Source: Flaccisagitta enflata (Eukaryota). Taken from it: a stretch of 64,000 nt of DNA. The position numbers and the translations under genes were made by a program. Below, piece by piece: positions 38,560 through 54,390 of the stretch (positions are counted from its first letter, which is position 1; every line of letters starts with the position of its first letter). The stretch covers positions 49,228,001 to 49,292,000 of the forward strand of contig OZ231126.1 in assembly GCA_965153355.1 (NCBI GenBank), written 5' to 3'. A model generated the notes under the pieces. That model was not told the origin of the DNA and searched no databases. It saw only the letters and a program-made list of their open reading frames with translations.

Positions 38560-41500
38560 CAGACAGACTGACAGACAATGAGGATATGCGTCAGCGTTTT
38601 GACCCTTCATGTCGATCCGAAAGCGGAGGTTCACGGGAAGAAGAAGTCAAACATGAAATTCTGGATGAAGGAGGAGAGGGAGGAAAGGAAGAAGAAGAAG
38701 AAGAAGAAGAAGAAGAAGAAGAAGAAGAAGAAGAAGAAGAAGAAGAAGAAGAAGAAGAAGAAGATAAAAAAGAAGAATGAAAAAAAAAAAAAGAAGAAGA
38801 AGAAGAAGAAGGATAGTCATCACCCAGGTCCTGCAAGTGGTAGAGCTATCTTTTTTATGATCTTTTAAAAAAACTAAACAATGATGAACCATATGGGGTG
38901 TCTAATGTTATCACTAATCACCAAGGTTGAATCGTGCACCTGAACAGCGGCGTAGAATAGTTAAGATTTTTAATACTGCTAATTCCTTATTTCAATTTGT
39001 GTTTATTTGAATTAATGTCCCAATGTAAACTAACTTATGCTTTTTACTGGATAAATTTCAACAAGGCTTGATACACAGCCAAAAAGTTATCACTTGCAGG
39101 TTAAAACAGTAATGGGATAGGCCAGGGCTATTTTGAGATTGCGCAGGAACTGTAATGATCTAAAAACTACTTTTTGATCAATAGTATACCATCTGAAATT
39201 TTTGTATTACTCTTGTGCAGACAGATCTAGAGACTCACTCTCTGATAGAGTCGCTTAGCCAGTGATTGAGAACAGTGGTTTTACTTTGGTAAAACACCAC
39301 TTGATTTTGATCATTTCTAATAATAGACAATTCACTCTTTTTCTGTTTTCTCTTCTTTTCCTCCTTTTTGGGCAGCGGCCCCAAAGGGCACAAAGTTCTA
39401 TAAAATAGATGGGGACTTTCATTCATCATTCCATCTGTTTGCTGAGATGGCTATTTTAAAGCCTGTGAAGGTAGATTGGTTGATTTTAAGAGCGAGAGGG
39501 CTGAATTGGGTGCCTGAGAAGCCAGATTTGAGGCCTGAGAGGGCTGATTTGAAGCCCAGAAGGCCAGGAGGACTTTTTGGGCAGGTGCCCTGGAGGGGTC
39601 AATGACCTATGGTTCCACACAGGGTAATTTTTCCGATCTAATGTTTTCTCATCCCCTCCCCCGCAGCCTCAAATTAGGCCTATCAGACCCCAAATTAGGC
39701 CTCTCAGAGCCCACACCAGGCCTCGCAGACCCCAAATCAGGCCTCTCAGACCCCAAATCAGGCCTCACAGACCCCCAATCAGGTCTCTCAGACTCCAAAT
39801 CAGACCTCTCAGACCCCAAATTAGGCCTCTCAGAACCCAAATCAGGCCTCTCAGACCTCAAATCAAACCTTTCTGGCCTTGAACCAGGCTGTTTAAACCT
39901 CATTTCATGACCCAACATGTTATATCAAAGACCTCATACACATTCAACATGCAAAACAAAATTGTCCTGTGTGGAATCATAGGTCATCAGCCCCTCTGGG
40001 GCCGCTGCCCCATTACCTCAACACCACAATACTAAATGATATCAATGGGGCATTGCACACTCGACTGATTCGCAAAGGGTAATGAGCATCTAATCATGGG
40101 CTTTAATCCATCCTCAAATGGATATCCCTTGATTTAGAGATTACACATAAGAATTAGTCATAGCAACAACTAACTTAAAAGTTAAAATCGCCTGATTTCT
40201 ACAAAAGGATTTTCATCAGAAAAAAAAACAACTTCGCGATTTACAATTAAACAAAGTAAGTGTGATTGGGAACCGCTGACCATAATGACGCTTGAGCGAC
40301 CTGTTTTTTGGGCAGCGGCCCTGAAGGGGATGAAGTCCTGTAGAACACTGGGGCAATCTGTCAGTCTGTCTGTATGTCTGTCCGTCCGTCCATCTGTACG
40401 TACATATGTACATCTGTTCCCCCTACCCCATCCTTAGGGCTTCATCTCCCTAGGGGCCCAAATCCAAGCAAAATGGCCTCAATCTAAGCAAAATGGCCCA
40501 AATCCAAGCAAGATGGCCCAAATCCAAGCAAAATGGCCCAAATTTGCCTAGAAGACCTGCATTCTGGTCTGAGTTCCATCATTTTAGATTCTGCCTTCTG
40601 ATACCCAGATTCTGGCTTCTGATACCCATATTCTGGCTTCTAAAACCCACACCCTAACCTTAGAGACCCAGATCTTGATCACTGGGTCCCATATTCTAGT
40701 CTCTGAGTCCTAGGTTCTGGCTTAAAACACCTAAATCCGGGCCTCAGAGACTCAAATCCTTGCCTCAGAGACTCAAATCCTGGCCCCTGAGATTAAGAAA
40801 CTGGTCTCTGAGGCCCAGATTCTACAGGACTTTGTCCCCTTTGGGGCCGCGGCCCTGCTCCCCCTCAACCTAAATCACATACTAATCAAGCAGGGCACGG
40901 GTACTGCTGACCACTTACTGCCTTTGGGCTGCTATTATTTGCTGGAACTTAAGTCCCAAAAATATTTGCGTCCCTATAAAAGGGACTGCCATGGCGTTCC
41001 GGCAGTCCCGTTTCCTACCTCGCTATTACTGAGGACATCAATGGTTTGGGTACGCTGCCCAAGGCGAAGAAGAAGAAGAAGAAAAAGAAGAAGAAGAAGA
41101 AGAAGAAGAAGAAGAAGAAGAAGAAGAAGAAGAAGAAGAAGAAGAAGAAGAAGAAGAAGAAGAAGAAGAAGAGGTGGAAGATGGGGCGACGGAAAGGGAA
41201 GAAGATTTTGTGAGCTTAATTATAGGCAGCTGCTTTTACGTCCACACACATTTATGTTATAGAAGCAAAGATCCTTTCTTCGTCCCTCTCGACTTTTTCT
41301 CGATTTTCGATGTTCGTACATAAGATTTGGAGAAGTAAAAGAGGTCTTCTAGAAAAATGAAAGATAGAAAAATATCCGGACGGCAAAGTTGAAAGGGCGG
41401 AGGCCAAATCATGAGGCATCATAAATGACTAGATGCAATAGTCGCAAAAGCGTCAGATGGTCAGCGGTACCCGTGCCCTGCCTGTGTAGGTTGTGCTTAA

Positions 41501-43113
41501 AGTTGAGGAGAGCAGAGCAGTGGCCCCGAAGGGGTCAATGACCTATGCTTTCACACATATGGGGAATTTTCTCCTTCTCCTCCTCCTCCTCCCCCTGGGA
41601 TCCGGCTTCTTGGCTGAGATTTGGACTTCAAGGCTGAGATTTGCGCCTCAAGGCTGGGATCTCTGCCTCTAGGCTAGGATTTAGGCCTTGAGGCTAGGAT
41701 TTGGGTCTCGAGACTGGAATTTGGGCCTCGAGACTGGAATTTGAGGGGGGGGGGGACAGAGAAGAAGAAGGAGGAGAAGGAGGAGGAGAAGAAGAAGGAG
41801 AAAATTCCCCATATGTGTGAAAGCATAGGTCATCGACCCCTTTGGGGCCGCTGCCCAAAAACCTGAAGTGGTGAGCGGAACAATTTGCTTTGTGTAAGTG
41901 GTGAGGTCGAGCAGGACCAGCAAGACATGGTAGCGAGTTTGAATAATTTGACCAACCCCCGCGCGTGCATGCTCACTCCATTTTATTGGTATTAGTTTTA
42001 TGGATCAGACATCATTGATCTGCCAAACGAAGGAACTCGCAGGACAGACATACATATCTATGAACGGAACGATGGATGGGGTGGTATCCAAAAAGTACCC
42101 TTCCTCTTACCCCCCCCCCCCCATCTCTAGTCGTTAAGGATTCTAACGTCTGGGCGAGAGTGTGTGCGAATGAGCCTTATTTCTCGGGCAAAGGATGAGT
42201 CAACCCTCTCAACTGAATCTCTTTGTTTTGAAACAAGAAACGGACGTAGGAGAAATTCATTGACGCAAGTTATGAAAAAAAGAAAAAAAAAGAGAAAGGG
42301 TCGAGGAAATGAAACAAAAGCGTCATGGACATAAATGAGGATGCAAATGAAATGAAACGGACGTCAGACTGAGAAGAGGCATACATGATCGAATGGCAAT
42401 AAAAACAGGTCGTATAAAAATGGGTAGCGCTCTGAGTTGGGTTGTTGGATAGATTAGTGAAGGTGGGTAGTGAGAAAAAAAAATGCTCTCTTAGAACATT
42501 CACTTGTAATTTCATTATGGAGGATACAGTGCAAATGCAGAACAGAAGTTTGCCTCTACTACCGGTGCTTGCGATACGATTCGCCAAATGCTCTCTTCAT
42601 ATCCATCCCATCGTATGTAGTTGCATCTTTGAACACCAATAAAACCTTATAAAAATCAGCCGCGGACAATTGGAAAGAGCTGTAGTGTACATTGTACCAT
42701 GCAAACCCGCTCGCAACAAATAATGCGATGGACGGACGAATCAGTTGACGACATAGCGACTTAGAAATGGCCCAAGTACGTGTCAAAATAAGCTCAAGCA
42801 ATGAAGGCGGGGGGAGGGGGAGAGGGAATCTGGAGGAGGTGTTCATTGGGTGTCTAAGTTCTGAATTGAATTGAATTCTCAGAAATTCAAAACAGACGAC
42901 AGCGTTCAGTTTAGATGCCTTTTAAACACAAGGGAAAAAAAAACAACCAAAAAAGGCAGAAAGTAAACAATAAAACAACTGGCAACAGGACCCCCGACAA
43001 TACCCCCCCCCCCTCTGCCTTCCCCTCGAGCTGCATCCCGGAGAACGAGCGCCCAAATACCCTCGAGCAGGATCCGTTTCCCTTGAAGGATCTCTTCATA
43101 AGGCTCACCGTTG

Positions 43114-43161
<48 letters not shown>

Positions 43162-44697
43162 CACTCTCCCCATCATTAGTCCTCTTTTATGGGTTGGCGA
43201 GATATATCAAGGATGTTTTTGAAAGACGATATAATTAGATCAGGATTTGAACTGAACCGTTTTGGTGAAATTGAAGAAAGTCGTACATGATTTTTTGAAC
43301 AGACAAGGCCGTATAAACGGGAGGACTAGTCGCTTGGAGGTGGGCAGGTGTAGGACTAGTCACGTGGAGTTTGGCAAGGGCAAGACAAGTCGCGTGGAGG
43401 TGAACAGGGTCAGGACTAGTCGCGTGAAGGTGAACAGGGTCAGGACCAGTCACTTGGAGCTGAGAAGGGGCATATATCATACAAAAAAACTAGGTTGCAG
43501 AAAGATTAGTCGTTCCACTGAAAATTGATATTGAAGTGCAGCCTACGTTCGTTCACATCGCTCACACCGCTGACTCGCTCCACTCGCTCACTCTGTTCAT
43601 GTGATATCTCACTTCGCTCACTCTCTCGTAGAATGGCGGGAAAGTGGAAAAGATAGAGATGTAAGAATCAACGATAGAGACAAACGCTTTAGGACGCCTC
43701 ATATCCTACTCCGTTTTTTGGCGATACTCTGCATCATAAGACGCGATCAAGATCCACGAAATGTTCAACATACAGACGAACTTATTACCTGTAGTCTCAA
43801 AGTCTAATCAAATTCCAAAAATAGATTTTGCCGTCAGAGCTCTTTTTCTTCTTTTACCAGTTCTCACCCCATAGGCATAGATCCGTTTCTATCTTCCCTC
43901 TTCCCCCTTTCAACCATTCATCTATCATGTTAATCTTCAAAATATCCGTGAAGGACCTGATATCTCGAGGATAAGCGTGTAATTTTTTCTCTGCTGTCTC
44001 TTTCTTCACGTTATGAAGTAACTATCAATGTTGCAAAAGAGTTGTCACAAGTGAAGAGAGAGAGAGAGCACGCCACGGGAGAAACCTCTGCAGGCTGTAT
44101 TAAATACTCGGTTGTAACGGCCACTGGTTTTGAGATGAGGGAGACTTCCTCTATCTTTTCCCATTCGAAATAAAAGAAATGCCCTTCAAAATTTGTTGAA
44201 AATCAACAATATACAATATACAATGTTTTTTGCCATGAATATTTTCACATAAAAATTTTGTAGGTTTCGAGTAGAGATTCGCATTCCTGGTAAAATTTCC
44301 AGTCGTTTGATAGGTCGCACTATACACTTCTGCTGTGAAATAAAAAAGTCCAATTTTCTTACAACACAAGATAACAACATTACACTTATGACAACCAACA
44401 GTAATGTAGGACAATATTGAACTTTTTTGTCTCTTAATAAAAACATATAGTGCGACCTATCAAATGAATGGAAATTTTACAAGGGATATGATTCTTTCAC
44501 AAAGAATTAAGATGAGCTTTCGCCATTCATCTTATCTGGCAAAATGTATCAGATATGACACATTTTGTTGATTTAAAAAAAATTTTGAAGGGGAATTTTT
44601 TTCTCTTCAGTACCAAGCGATAAAATAGACCTCCCTGAAGCCCAAACCACTCGCCGTCATGACCGAGCATTTTTCTTGACCTATGAAAGCCTCCCCC

Positions 44698-44776
<79 letters not shown>

Positions 44777-45358
44777 ACGCATCGTAGGCACAAACCCTTG
44801 GTGGAAAAAACAAGGCCGGAAACACGGCTACCCTAGTCGCGTGCGGGTGCTGGAGGTCATTAAGACATCTGGGCAGGAGCCGTATGCTCAAAAAGCTCAA
44901 AAACGCCGAAAAAGTAAAAAAGGGACTGACCGACCAACCAACCAACTGACCGACCAACCGACCGACCAACCGACATAGCGGGGTGTAGAGTCGCGTGGCA
45001 CGCGACTAAAAAGCCAAGCAACCTGACCATATTACACATTGTATCAGGTAAAATAAATGACAAAAAAAGGAAAAAAAAAAAAAAAAAAGGAAAAAAAGAA
45101 AAAAAAATACTTGGCTTGGAAATGTAGCATTTACAGCTTGATGATAGCAAAAATAATGCATTATTAAGCATTTTTTATGTTGAAAAAAGTAGTCACACTT
45201 TCAAAAACTTCTAAAAACTACTGAGCTGTGTAGCTATAGTTGCTGCATAAATGTTTTTACCATATTAGACTAGTTTGGAGGGGTATCAACCCAGTCAGCA
45301 CAAAAAAAAAGGCTAAAAAAGCGGAAAAAATTTTTTTCCTAGCAAGAAATTACAAAGA

Positions 45359-45402
<44 letters not shown>

Positions 45403-45584
45403 AAAACATAAAAAATGAAAAATAACAGTAGCAAGGCCAACACCTTACAGTCGCGTGCGGTTGTTAAAACCAGAAGACCAAAAGACTAGAAGACTAAAAG
45501 ACTAAAAGACCAAAAAACTAAAAGACTCAATGTAATTAACTTAAAATGACTTAAAATTAATCAAAATGACTTAAAATGATGTAA

Positions 45585-45693
<109 letters not shown>

Positions 45694-45938
45694 ACAATCT
45701 GAAAGTGAATATTATCAATGACAAGGGTTAAGAGGGACATGAAGGTACATGGATATGGATAACGTCGGATGAGGGCATCGGAAGCGCGGAATATAGTATT
45801 TCAACATTGTCTGTCCTTTTCACAACGGCTACCTTTTCCCTTTCAGCGGTCAGCCAAGTTTCTTGTTGGGTACTTGCCGTTGTGCATTGTGTAAGTGTGT
45901 GTTCGTGTGTTCGTTAGTGTGTATCCGTGTGCGTGTGT

Positions 45939-46070
<132 letters not shown>

Positions 46071-49000
46071 TGCTCCAAATCCTCCCCGCCAACCCCCCCC
46101 CCCTTGCGCGACGATATTGTAAGCTCGCGTTACTTAAACATTTTGAAAAAAAACTTGACATCTTGTTTACGCATAATTACATTTTTCACCTTGTTGCAAG
46201 GGGGTGTTACATTACCAAATCTGTTATTCATTAATTATCGTCGTCGTCAATTCATCACCAATTCAAGGTTATCAAACATCGTTTTCGTCTATTGTTATCA
46301 AATTTATTTGTCCAGTTTCATTCAAGTTCAGATTCATACTCTTAGTACAAATACTAAAGGAAGAAAAATGCCAAAAATGACTGGGTACGTAACGTCGGTT
46401 TAGATAGGGATAGTTGAACATTTCGGAGCATCTTGGCGAAACACTCTGTAATGTTAGTCTTAGTTTTCTTCTACATTTGCTAGAATTTGCATGGAGGCGA
46501 GTATTCACACAATTTTTTTTTTTAAATGAAAGCTAATAGCCGAAATAAGATACCATACACTTTGCAAGTCGATAGACGTGATGTAAGTGTGTAAAAATTG
46601 TAGTTAAAAAACATTGTTTTTCCTTCTAATCGCGCATGGCCTTCTGTTTCCTCTCTAGAGCTTTCTCTAAAACTTCAAATGATTTGTAGGACACCAGAGT
46701 CTGGCGAGCCGTAACGCATTTTACTTTAGAAAAGTGTTACATGAGTGGAACTCAATAAGTTGAATTGATTATCGGTAGCTTCGAAGCGAGGTTTTGCTCT
46801 CATGATGACGAGAGTCGCTCGGCCAATCCAAGATCGGAACAGTTGAGATCGAACCAATGAGAGTCAACTATGAGGGCAACTCAAAAAGAGAGAGCAATAC
46901 TAGAAATTCGATAGCTCAACTTTGGCATAGTACTACTACTATGCCGAAGCATACTTTTCTTTCGTTTATACACGATTGGAAAGCCCATATCCTCAACCTC
47001 ATTTGGAGAGATTTCCAGCTTTGCCAACCAAACTGTTCTCTCTCAGGAAGTTATTGTTCAAAAAAAGGGAAATCGAAATTGAGTGAAAAAAGGAGAATTT
47101 CTTTTTTAAATTGGCTAAAAAACATACTAAATGATAACTTTTTTAAATACTGATTGCACCACTGCGTTTATCTGCATTTCTTCTTTCAAAAATGGTAAAG
47201 AACGCCAATATTAAGTGCCCCACTGAGAGGTGAGATCAGGTCTACAACCACATATCAGAGAAACTGAGATTTTGCTTATTTATTCTTATTTTGGAGTAAT
47301 GTGACGATAATAAGGCAAAAAAAGACTGCCAACCAATGCGGTCAATGGTCTAGTTTTCTTGAAAAAAAACCGCGATCCTCTATGTTAACTTTTTTTTTTC
47401 CACCTACTCAAAGTATATGGAGAGTTAACATTTCAAAGTGCGAAACACTTAGTTTCTGATACTCCCTCATTTCATCGAAATTTCATCTATGCTGAATAAG
47501 AATCATATTCACACTAATCACACAACGATTATGGCATACGCATATAATCCATATCCTGATACATGACAAATCTAGTTTTTGGAGTCTGCACATGATCCTA
47601 AATCTGGTTTCGTCTGTGGTCACTGGTCAGTGCAAAAGGATAAAAAAAGATCATGAGAGAGTGAAAAAAAGAAATAATCGTCGCAAAAGAGTTAGATGGT
47701 CGGCGGTAACCGTTGCCCCTGATATGATTTGTGTGGGTGTGAGGGAGTTGGGGGGGCAGCTATCCTGAGGGGTCTGATGACTTATGCTTCTTCAGTAAGT
47801 GATTGTAAAAGGTAAAGTACATGTGTATGGGTTTGGGGGTTGAGATATGGGCTTTAAGGCTAAAATTTTGGCCTTGAGCTTGGGTTGTTAGACTGGGATT
47901 TGAGCCTAGAGGCTGAGCTATGGCCTCGAAGCTGGGATTTTGGCCTCAAGGCTGAGATTTGGGCCTCAGGGCTGGGATTTGGGAATCAAGGCTAGGATTT
48001 GGGAATCAAGGCTAGGATGTGAACCTCGAGGCTGGGATTTAGGCCTTGAAGGTGGAATTTAGGCTTTGAGCTGGGATTTAGGCCCTGAAGCTGGATTTTG
48101 GGCCCGAGACTGGAACTTGGGCATCAAGGTTGGGATTTAGGCCCCGAGGCTGAGGGGGGGGGGGTTTAGAAGGAGAAGAAGGAGAAGAGGAAGAAGGAGA
48201 AATTTCTGCATATGTGAAAGCATAGGTGATCGGCCCTTTCAGGGCCGCTGCCCAAAAAGGAAAAAACAGCCATCGAAAACATCGAAACTAGAATCGGTGC
48301 GGTATATTTTTGGTGGCAACGAACTATATAAGTAACACGATAGATTTAACCTTATAAGATAGATCATACAACATACATTCTTTCAACGTTTCAAGATTAA
48401 AAGTGTGACGATGCAAAACAGACACAAAACGAAAAGTACTTCTAATCCGCCATTCCATATTCTTTTTACGAGACATGTTGGAATCTGACCAATCTTGTGC
48501 AAGAAATGTCTGGTAGTTGCAACCGAGCAATTCTTCGCAATCCCATTACTTCATAACCCCAAAACCTTTACCATCAATATCCATCGACTTACCAATGATA
48601 GGTCACCACTCTCCATCATAGCGCCAAATTCTATACCATTCTTCACATTTCACTTTCGTATTGCAATCACCACCACGCTGGACCTTCCTATCCACAATGA
48701 ATAGTATTCATCCACCCAGACCACCCTCTACCATCATCCTTGTCCATGATCCCATTCCCTCGAAAACAAAATCGCCTCCATGATTTTTCCCGACCACACT
48801 CCTTCAACTTCTCTTTCACCTCCTCCTCCTCTTCCTCCTCCTCCTCAACTATACTTAATTTGATAATCTTTCGATACCGCGTCTAAAAAACTGTACAAAC
48901 ATCCTTCGATTCGTGTGGTGCCGAGAGTATCGGAATGGGGAAAAATATTGATCAAACAAACTGTTTTCATTGCAAGGATTATGAAAGCTATTGACACAAT

Positions 49001-50154
49001 TTTAACAGTCGCTACAACGAAGGCCACTATGTGTTGAAAAGGTTGGGTTGAAGTCTTTTTGGCAAAAGCTTACAAAACTGCTAAACGAAGGATGTTACAA
49101 ACGGTCGGACCGGACATATTTGGACGTTATGGCACTTAGATTTATTCTAGATGCATTTATTTATAATCAACCTCTTGGCCAGTCGTCATAAATGGTTACG
49201 GACCAGCTATCGTTAAGTAATGCCAATCGATTACAAAACCTCAGAGGGTCAATCGGCCTTGACCGCGTTACGACTTCAAAAGGCTTACATATCACAGGCA
49301 GAATCTTCATCCTGCTGACCTACACTCGAAGACTTGTTCAATTAGTAGTAGATCTTCGTTTCTTTAACTCTTTCTTTCGTTAATTCTTTCCTCATCACGG
49401 ATTTGTTCTATTTTTAGCGGCGTTCGATGACGTCATTCATCCTCCGATTTGACGTTAACCAAAACAAGGCCTTATACACGGCAGCATTAGTCGCGGACGG
49501 GAGGGCAGGAGCGGAAAACCTCGAAAAAGAGCTTTTTGACCGACGGACCGACGGACCGACAGAAAAGTGGCGTATAGAGTCGCGTGTCCGCGACTAAAAT
49601 CATCCTTTCGAGACTCAATCGAGCTTGTTGATTTCACATAAATTTTGCGGCTCATTTACGTTTTCTGAACAGAGGGGAAAAAAAAAAAAGAAAAAAAAAA
49701 AAAAATCAACGATCTCTTCTCAGTTCCTATTATCGTAAACTTCATATTGTGTAAATGTACTAATCTCTTTTCGAGACGCACCTCGTTTCGAAAGGGAAAT
49801 GCTTTCTCGACATTTAATACGCCCTGCCAGCCCCCCGACCCCCGACCTTATGTATCCCTGCCACCGTAATTATTTTTCACATTTGATTTCACCTGCTAAG
49901 ACCCTTATAGTCGGCATACGCCTAGAGAATGGATATTTGATTACTAGAAAACACTGAGTTCGCAATCAGTGATCAGCTACCAGTTATCAGTAACCAATAA
50001 AGGCGGCTCTCGCCGACCGGAAAAAAGTCGTAAATGGGAGTCTTTTTTTGTGCATGTTCTTCTGTGTGTGTATCTCATGACGTTTGGTTGACTGTTTGTC
50101 TGTTTTTGTTATTCAATCTCTGTCTCTCTGTGTATCTTTTTCCTCTTGGTCTTG

Positions 50155-50607
<453 letters not shown>

Positions 50608-51066
50608 AAGCAGATTAAGATATCAAAGCTAGCATCATAAAAGTTGGTGTCAATTTGTGTAACATCTTTACTTTTCCCTATAGTTACATAAGGCCGAAAA
50701 TTGAAATCAATGAAAAATATCAATTTTTGCGAAAATGCAAAAAAATAAAAACAGATTCAAAAATTCATACCGCCAAAACTAATGATCGTAGAGACTTCTG
50801 GTTGGCGCCATATGAAAGAGAAAAATTAGCTCTTTCTTGGCTGTGAATATCAAAAAATGTATACTCCCAGCCCCATAACTGCACAACTTCCAAAAATTGC
50901 CCCAAACCAAAAATGGAAAACTTTATTTCTCTCCTACGTTTCAAAAAGTCGAATTACGTAATTCAACTTTTTCCCAACCATTTTACAGCAAAAAACAAGC
51001 GGAGAAAGCGCTTGCTTAAGTCATGGTGTACAGGAACAGGAAATTTTGGTTTCATTTTACTTTTTA

Positions 51067-51473
51067 CAGTTGAACCCCGCTCTAACAGAGCCGCCACCAA
51101 TGGAATTCCGCCTATAATAAACACAAATTCATGGTCCCTTTAAGTTAATTTCTTTTTCTATCTTGCTAAAAAATATTTCAACATCTGAAAAGAAGCATCA
51201 ACTTTAGAGGAGTACTGCTCTTAAACAAATGAAGCTACAATTACCAGATTGATCTCATTTTAAATGTTTGTTTGAACTCTTTAAAATACGACCAATCTGG
51301 TAATTGTAGCTTTATTTGTTTAAGAGCAGTACTCCTCCAAAGTTGATGCTTCTTTTCAGATGTTGATATATTCATTAGCAAGATAGTATTTCCTTTGTTG
51401 GCATTAACAGAAGTCCGCCTATAACAGAAAAAAACTGTTGGTCCCCTGAAATCTGTTAGAACGGGTTCAACTG
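51067..51473. mobile_element. Tc1/pogo-type MITE (TIR CAGTTGAACCC) with a nested hairpin element at 51161-51383
   Basis: TA|CAGTTGAACCC...GGGTTCAACTG|TA. The inner element has ~90-bp near-perfect arms flanked by TA. A solo end occurs at 37201. Confidence 0.85.
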
Positions 51474-53403
51474 TACTTATAATATATATTTACAATAAAA
51501 AATATTATTAGAATTTTAGTTAGATATTTTTGATATAATATACAAGGTGTTTTAAAAATGTTTTTAAACCCAGAATATTGATTATCGATTTATAATGATC
51601 TAAAATTAAGATTAAGAGTTTGATTTCCTCAGAAAAATAATGAACAAAATTATGTACATCAAATCTGTATTTTAGAGATTATCTATGCAAAAGTTTATTG
51701 TTTGACCTTTAAAAAATGTTTATTCAAAAGATAAAATCATAAAAAAATAAAATAGAAATTATCTAAAAAATTGTAATGACGCAGCGAATTTCTTCTTCCT
51801 GTGCACTGAGTCTTAAGCATAGTAGGTAAATAACTTTGCGCCTTCTCTTGATGTGCGATTTAGACTTGAACTTACGACACAATAAGCGCTTCTTCCTTGT
51901 GAGTAGAGATACCAGTAATGAAGACTGTCGCCGTAAGGAAAAAAGTTGTAAGCATTGGTCACTTTTCACCAAGCTTTTGTTTTTAGTCACTGCAAATATT
52001 TTTTTCTATTAGATCAAATCAAGAGCAATTGATTGCACTGAAAATCAGAGAACAAGGAAAAGTAGGCCAATAAGGTGCGACGTGTGGATCGTCCAAGAAA
52101 TGCGTTACCCAACCAACAAACCAACCGACCGACCAACCAACGGACAAAGCCAGTTATAGAGGTGCTTTGTTGCATCTAAAAAAAGGACTGAGCCAAATGA
52201 GCTAGATGTACTAAAATGCCCAAAATCAATCAACCAGACAATCAGCTATGCTCACTGACATGCTTTCTTGTATCTACATGCTCCCATCAAAACATTTATT
52301 TATCCCACTAGAAATCAGAAAAAAAAAACTGAGCTAAATGAGCTAAGTGAGCTAAAATGCTTAAAAACACCCTCACAGATGAGCAGTTATGCTCACTTAT
52401 ATGGTTTTTGTATCTGCTTTCTTAAACATATATCGAAATATTTATTCATTTATCACATTAAAAGAAAAATGAGCTTAATGAACTAAATGAGCTAGAATCC
52501 TCCAAAACATCCTCACAGATGAGCAACTAAAATCGAAAAAATTCAAATTGCAGTTTTTGTAAAAAATTCTTTAAAAAATCATAACGCAAAAAATATTTGT
52601 TATAGAGCAGTCTGCTTGGCGTCAAATGAAAGAGAATCATTAAAAAAATTTACTTACCTTATCATTTTCATTGGAAGGCCCATTTGGTCGGTGGAGATTC
52701 CCAACTTTCTAATAAGAAAATGAAAACCCTGTTTCTCTCAAATATGTCAAAAAGTTGAAGACTGACTTCGACTTTTTTCCCGATCACAAAAAACAACAAC
52801 ATCAGTATATAGAAACGAAACGCAGATCAAAAAAAGATGACAACCTAAAGAAAGTTGTGGAGGCAATTTTTAGTCGCGAACTCGCGACTCTAGAACTTGT
52901 TTACGATCTATTTTGATGATTTTGAAGTCCAAAGTATAGAAATAAGAACCTCATCGTAAGCAACGAAGCGAGCCGAAATCAAAGAAAATTTAGAACAATA
53001 AACGAAAACTATGCAACGTGGACGAGGGAGTCGGAGGGACCTGGGCCTCATTTCAGCCCTTTCAGATTTGGAGTAAGTCCAATCAGCCTTCAGGTGGTCC
53101 TCAGACTATCGTAGACCCTCAATCAGCCCTCTAGGCTCTACAGCGCCTTTCCAATTGAATGAGGGTCAAAGAACGAATTTCCACATGTGTTCCACAGGAC
53201 TTCGCCTCCTTCGGGGCCGCTGCCCTACTTCTCACTCCAATTCACAATCAGGCAAAGCAGGGCAAGGGGTATCACTGACCACATATTGCCCTTGGGCGAC
53301 CTGTCATACTTTTAGACTCCTTTGTGATGTATGGACCAACGTACCAACCGAAAAACGAACAAAGCCTTTTAGAAGTGGCGGGTCAACCACTGAAAAGAAA
53401 GGA

Positions 53404-53447
<44 letters not shown>

Positions 53448-53799
53448 AAAAAAAGAAGGAATGAATATTTTGAAACATAGAGAGATGAGAGTAAAACGAA
53501 AAAGAAATCAATGAGAGAATTGGGATGAAGAAAAAAAGGAAATGAATTTAAAAACCGGAAAGAAATCTAAGACGGAAGGAAAAACTGAAAAAATACTAAC
53601 CCGGGGGTGTGATCTTTCTCGAGGGGGCCTCTTAATATTGAATTACACAAACGCGAGGAGTGGTGAAATTGTCAATATCTGTCACAAACCGCTTATCAAA
53701 CAATAAAGTCTCGGTTTAAACGAGTTAAGAAACGATCGATTAAGTCTTTTAATTTGTTTTCGAGGCGATGTCAGAGATCGAGGATTTCCGGAGAGATGG

Positions 53800-54390
53800 A
53801 CAAAACGGATGTCGCGGGCGATGAGGCCGTTGACAAACTTGATAATGACGGAAGATAGGATGAGGATGTCGCGGACGGAGAGGTGGGTGACACACTACAT
53901 GAGGACCGAAGATAGGATGAGGATGTCGTGGACGGAGAGGCGGGTGACAAACTAGATGATGAGGACGGAAGAAAGGATAAGGATGTCGCGGACGGAGAGG
54001 CCATTGACAAACTAGATGATGAAGAAGGAAGATAGGATGAGGATGTCGCAGACAGAGAGGCGGGTGACAAACTAGATGATGAGGACGGATGAAAGGATGA
54101 GGAATTGAGGATGTCGCGGGCGAAGAGTCGGGTGACAATCTAGATGATGAGGACGGAAGAAAGGATGAGGATGTTGCGGGCGAAGTGACGGGTGACAAAC
54201 TAGATGATGAGGACGGACAATAGTTTCAATGGTCTCTTCGCCCGCGACATCCTCATCCCATCTTTTTTCTTCATCATCGAGTTTGTCAATGACCTCTCCG
54301 TCCGCGCCGTCCTCATTCTATCTCCCTTCTTCATCATCTAGTTTGTCAATGGCCTCTCCGTCCGCGGCATCCTCAATCCTCATCCTATCT
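53800..54390. repeat. 60-bp tandem array (~7 forward units) abutting ~3 inverted units
   Basis: Unit GACAAACTAGATGATGAGGACGGAAGATAGGATGAGGATGTCGCGGACGGAGAGGCGGGT; orientation flips at ~54220; a further fragment lies at ~58735-58815. Confidence 0.9.

Noticed and set aside
39602-39918. Heptad-repeat ORFs (SDPKSGL / ERPDLGS), also at 55778-56179 and 57699-58132
   Set aside because: Translations of the 21-bp tandem arrays inside family-B elements.
53749-54198. His/Pro-rich and Ser-rich repeat ORFs
   Set aside because: A by-product of the 60-bp tandem unit; no splice or start context.
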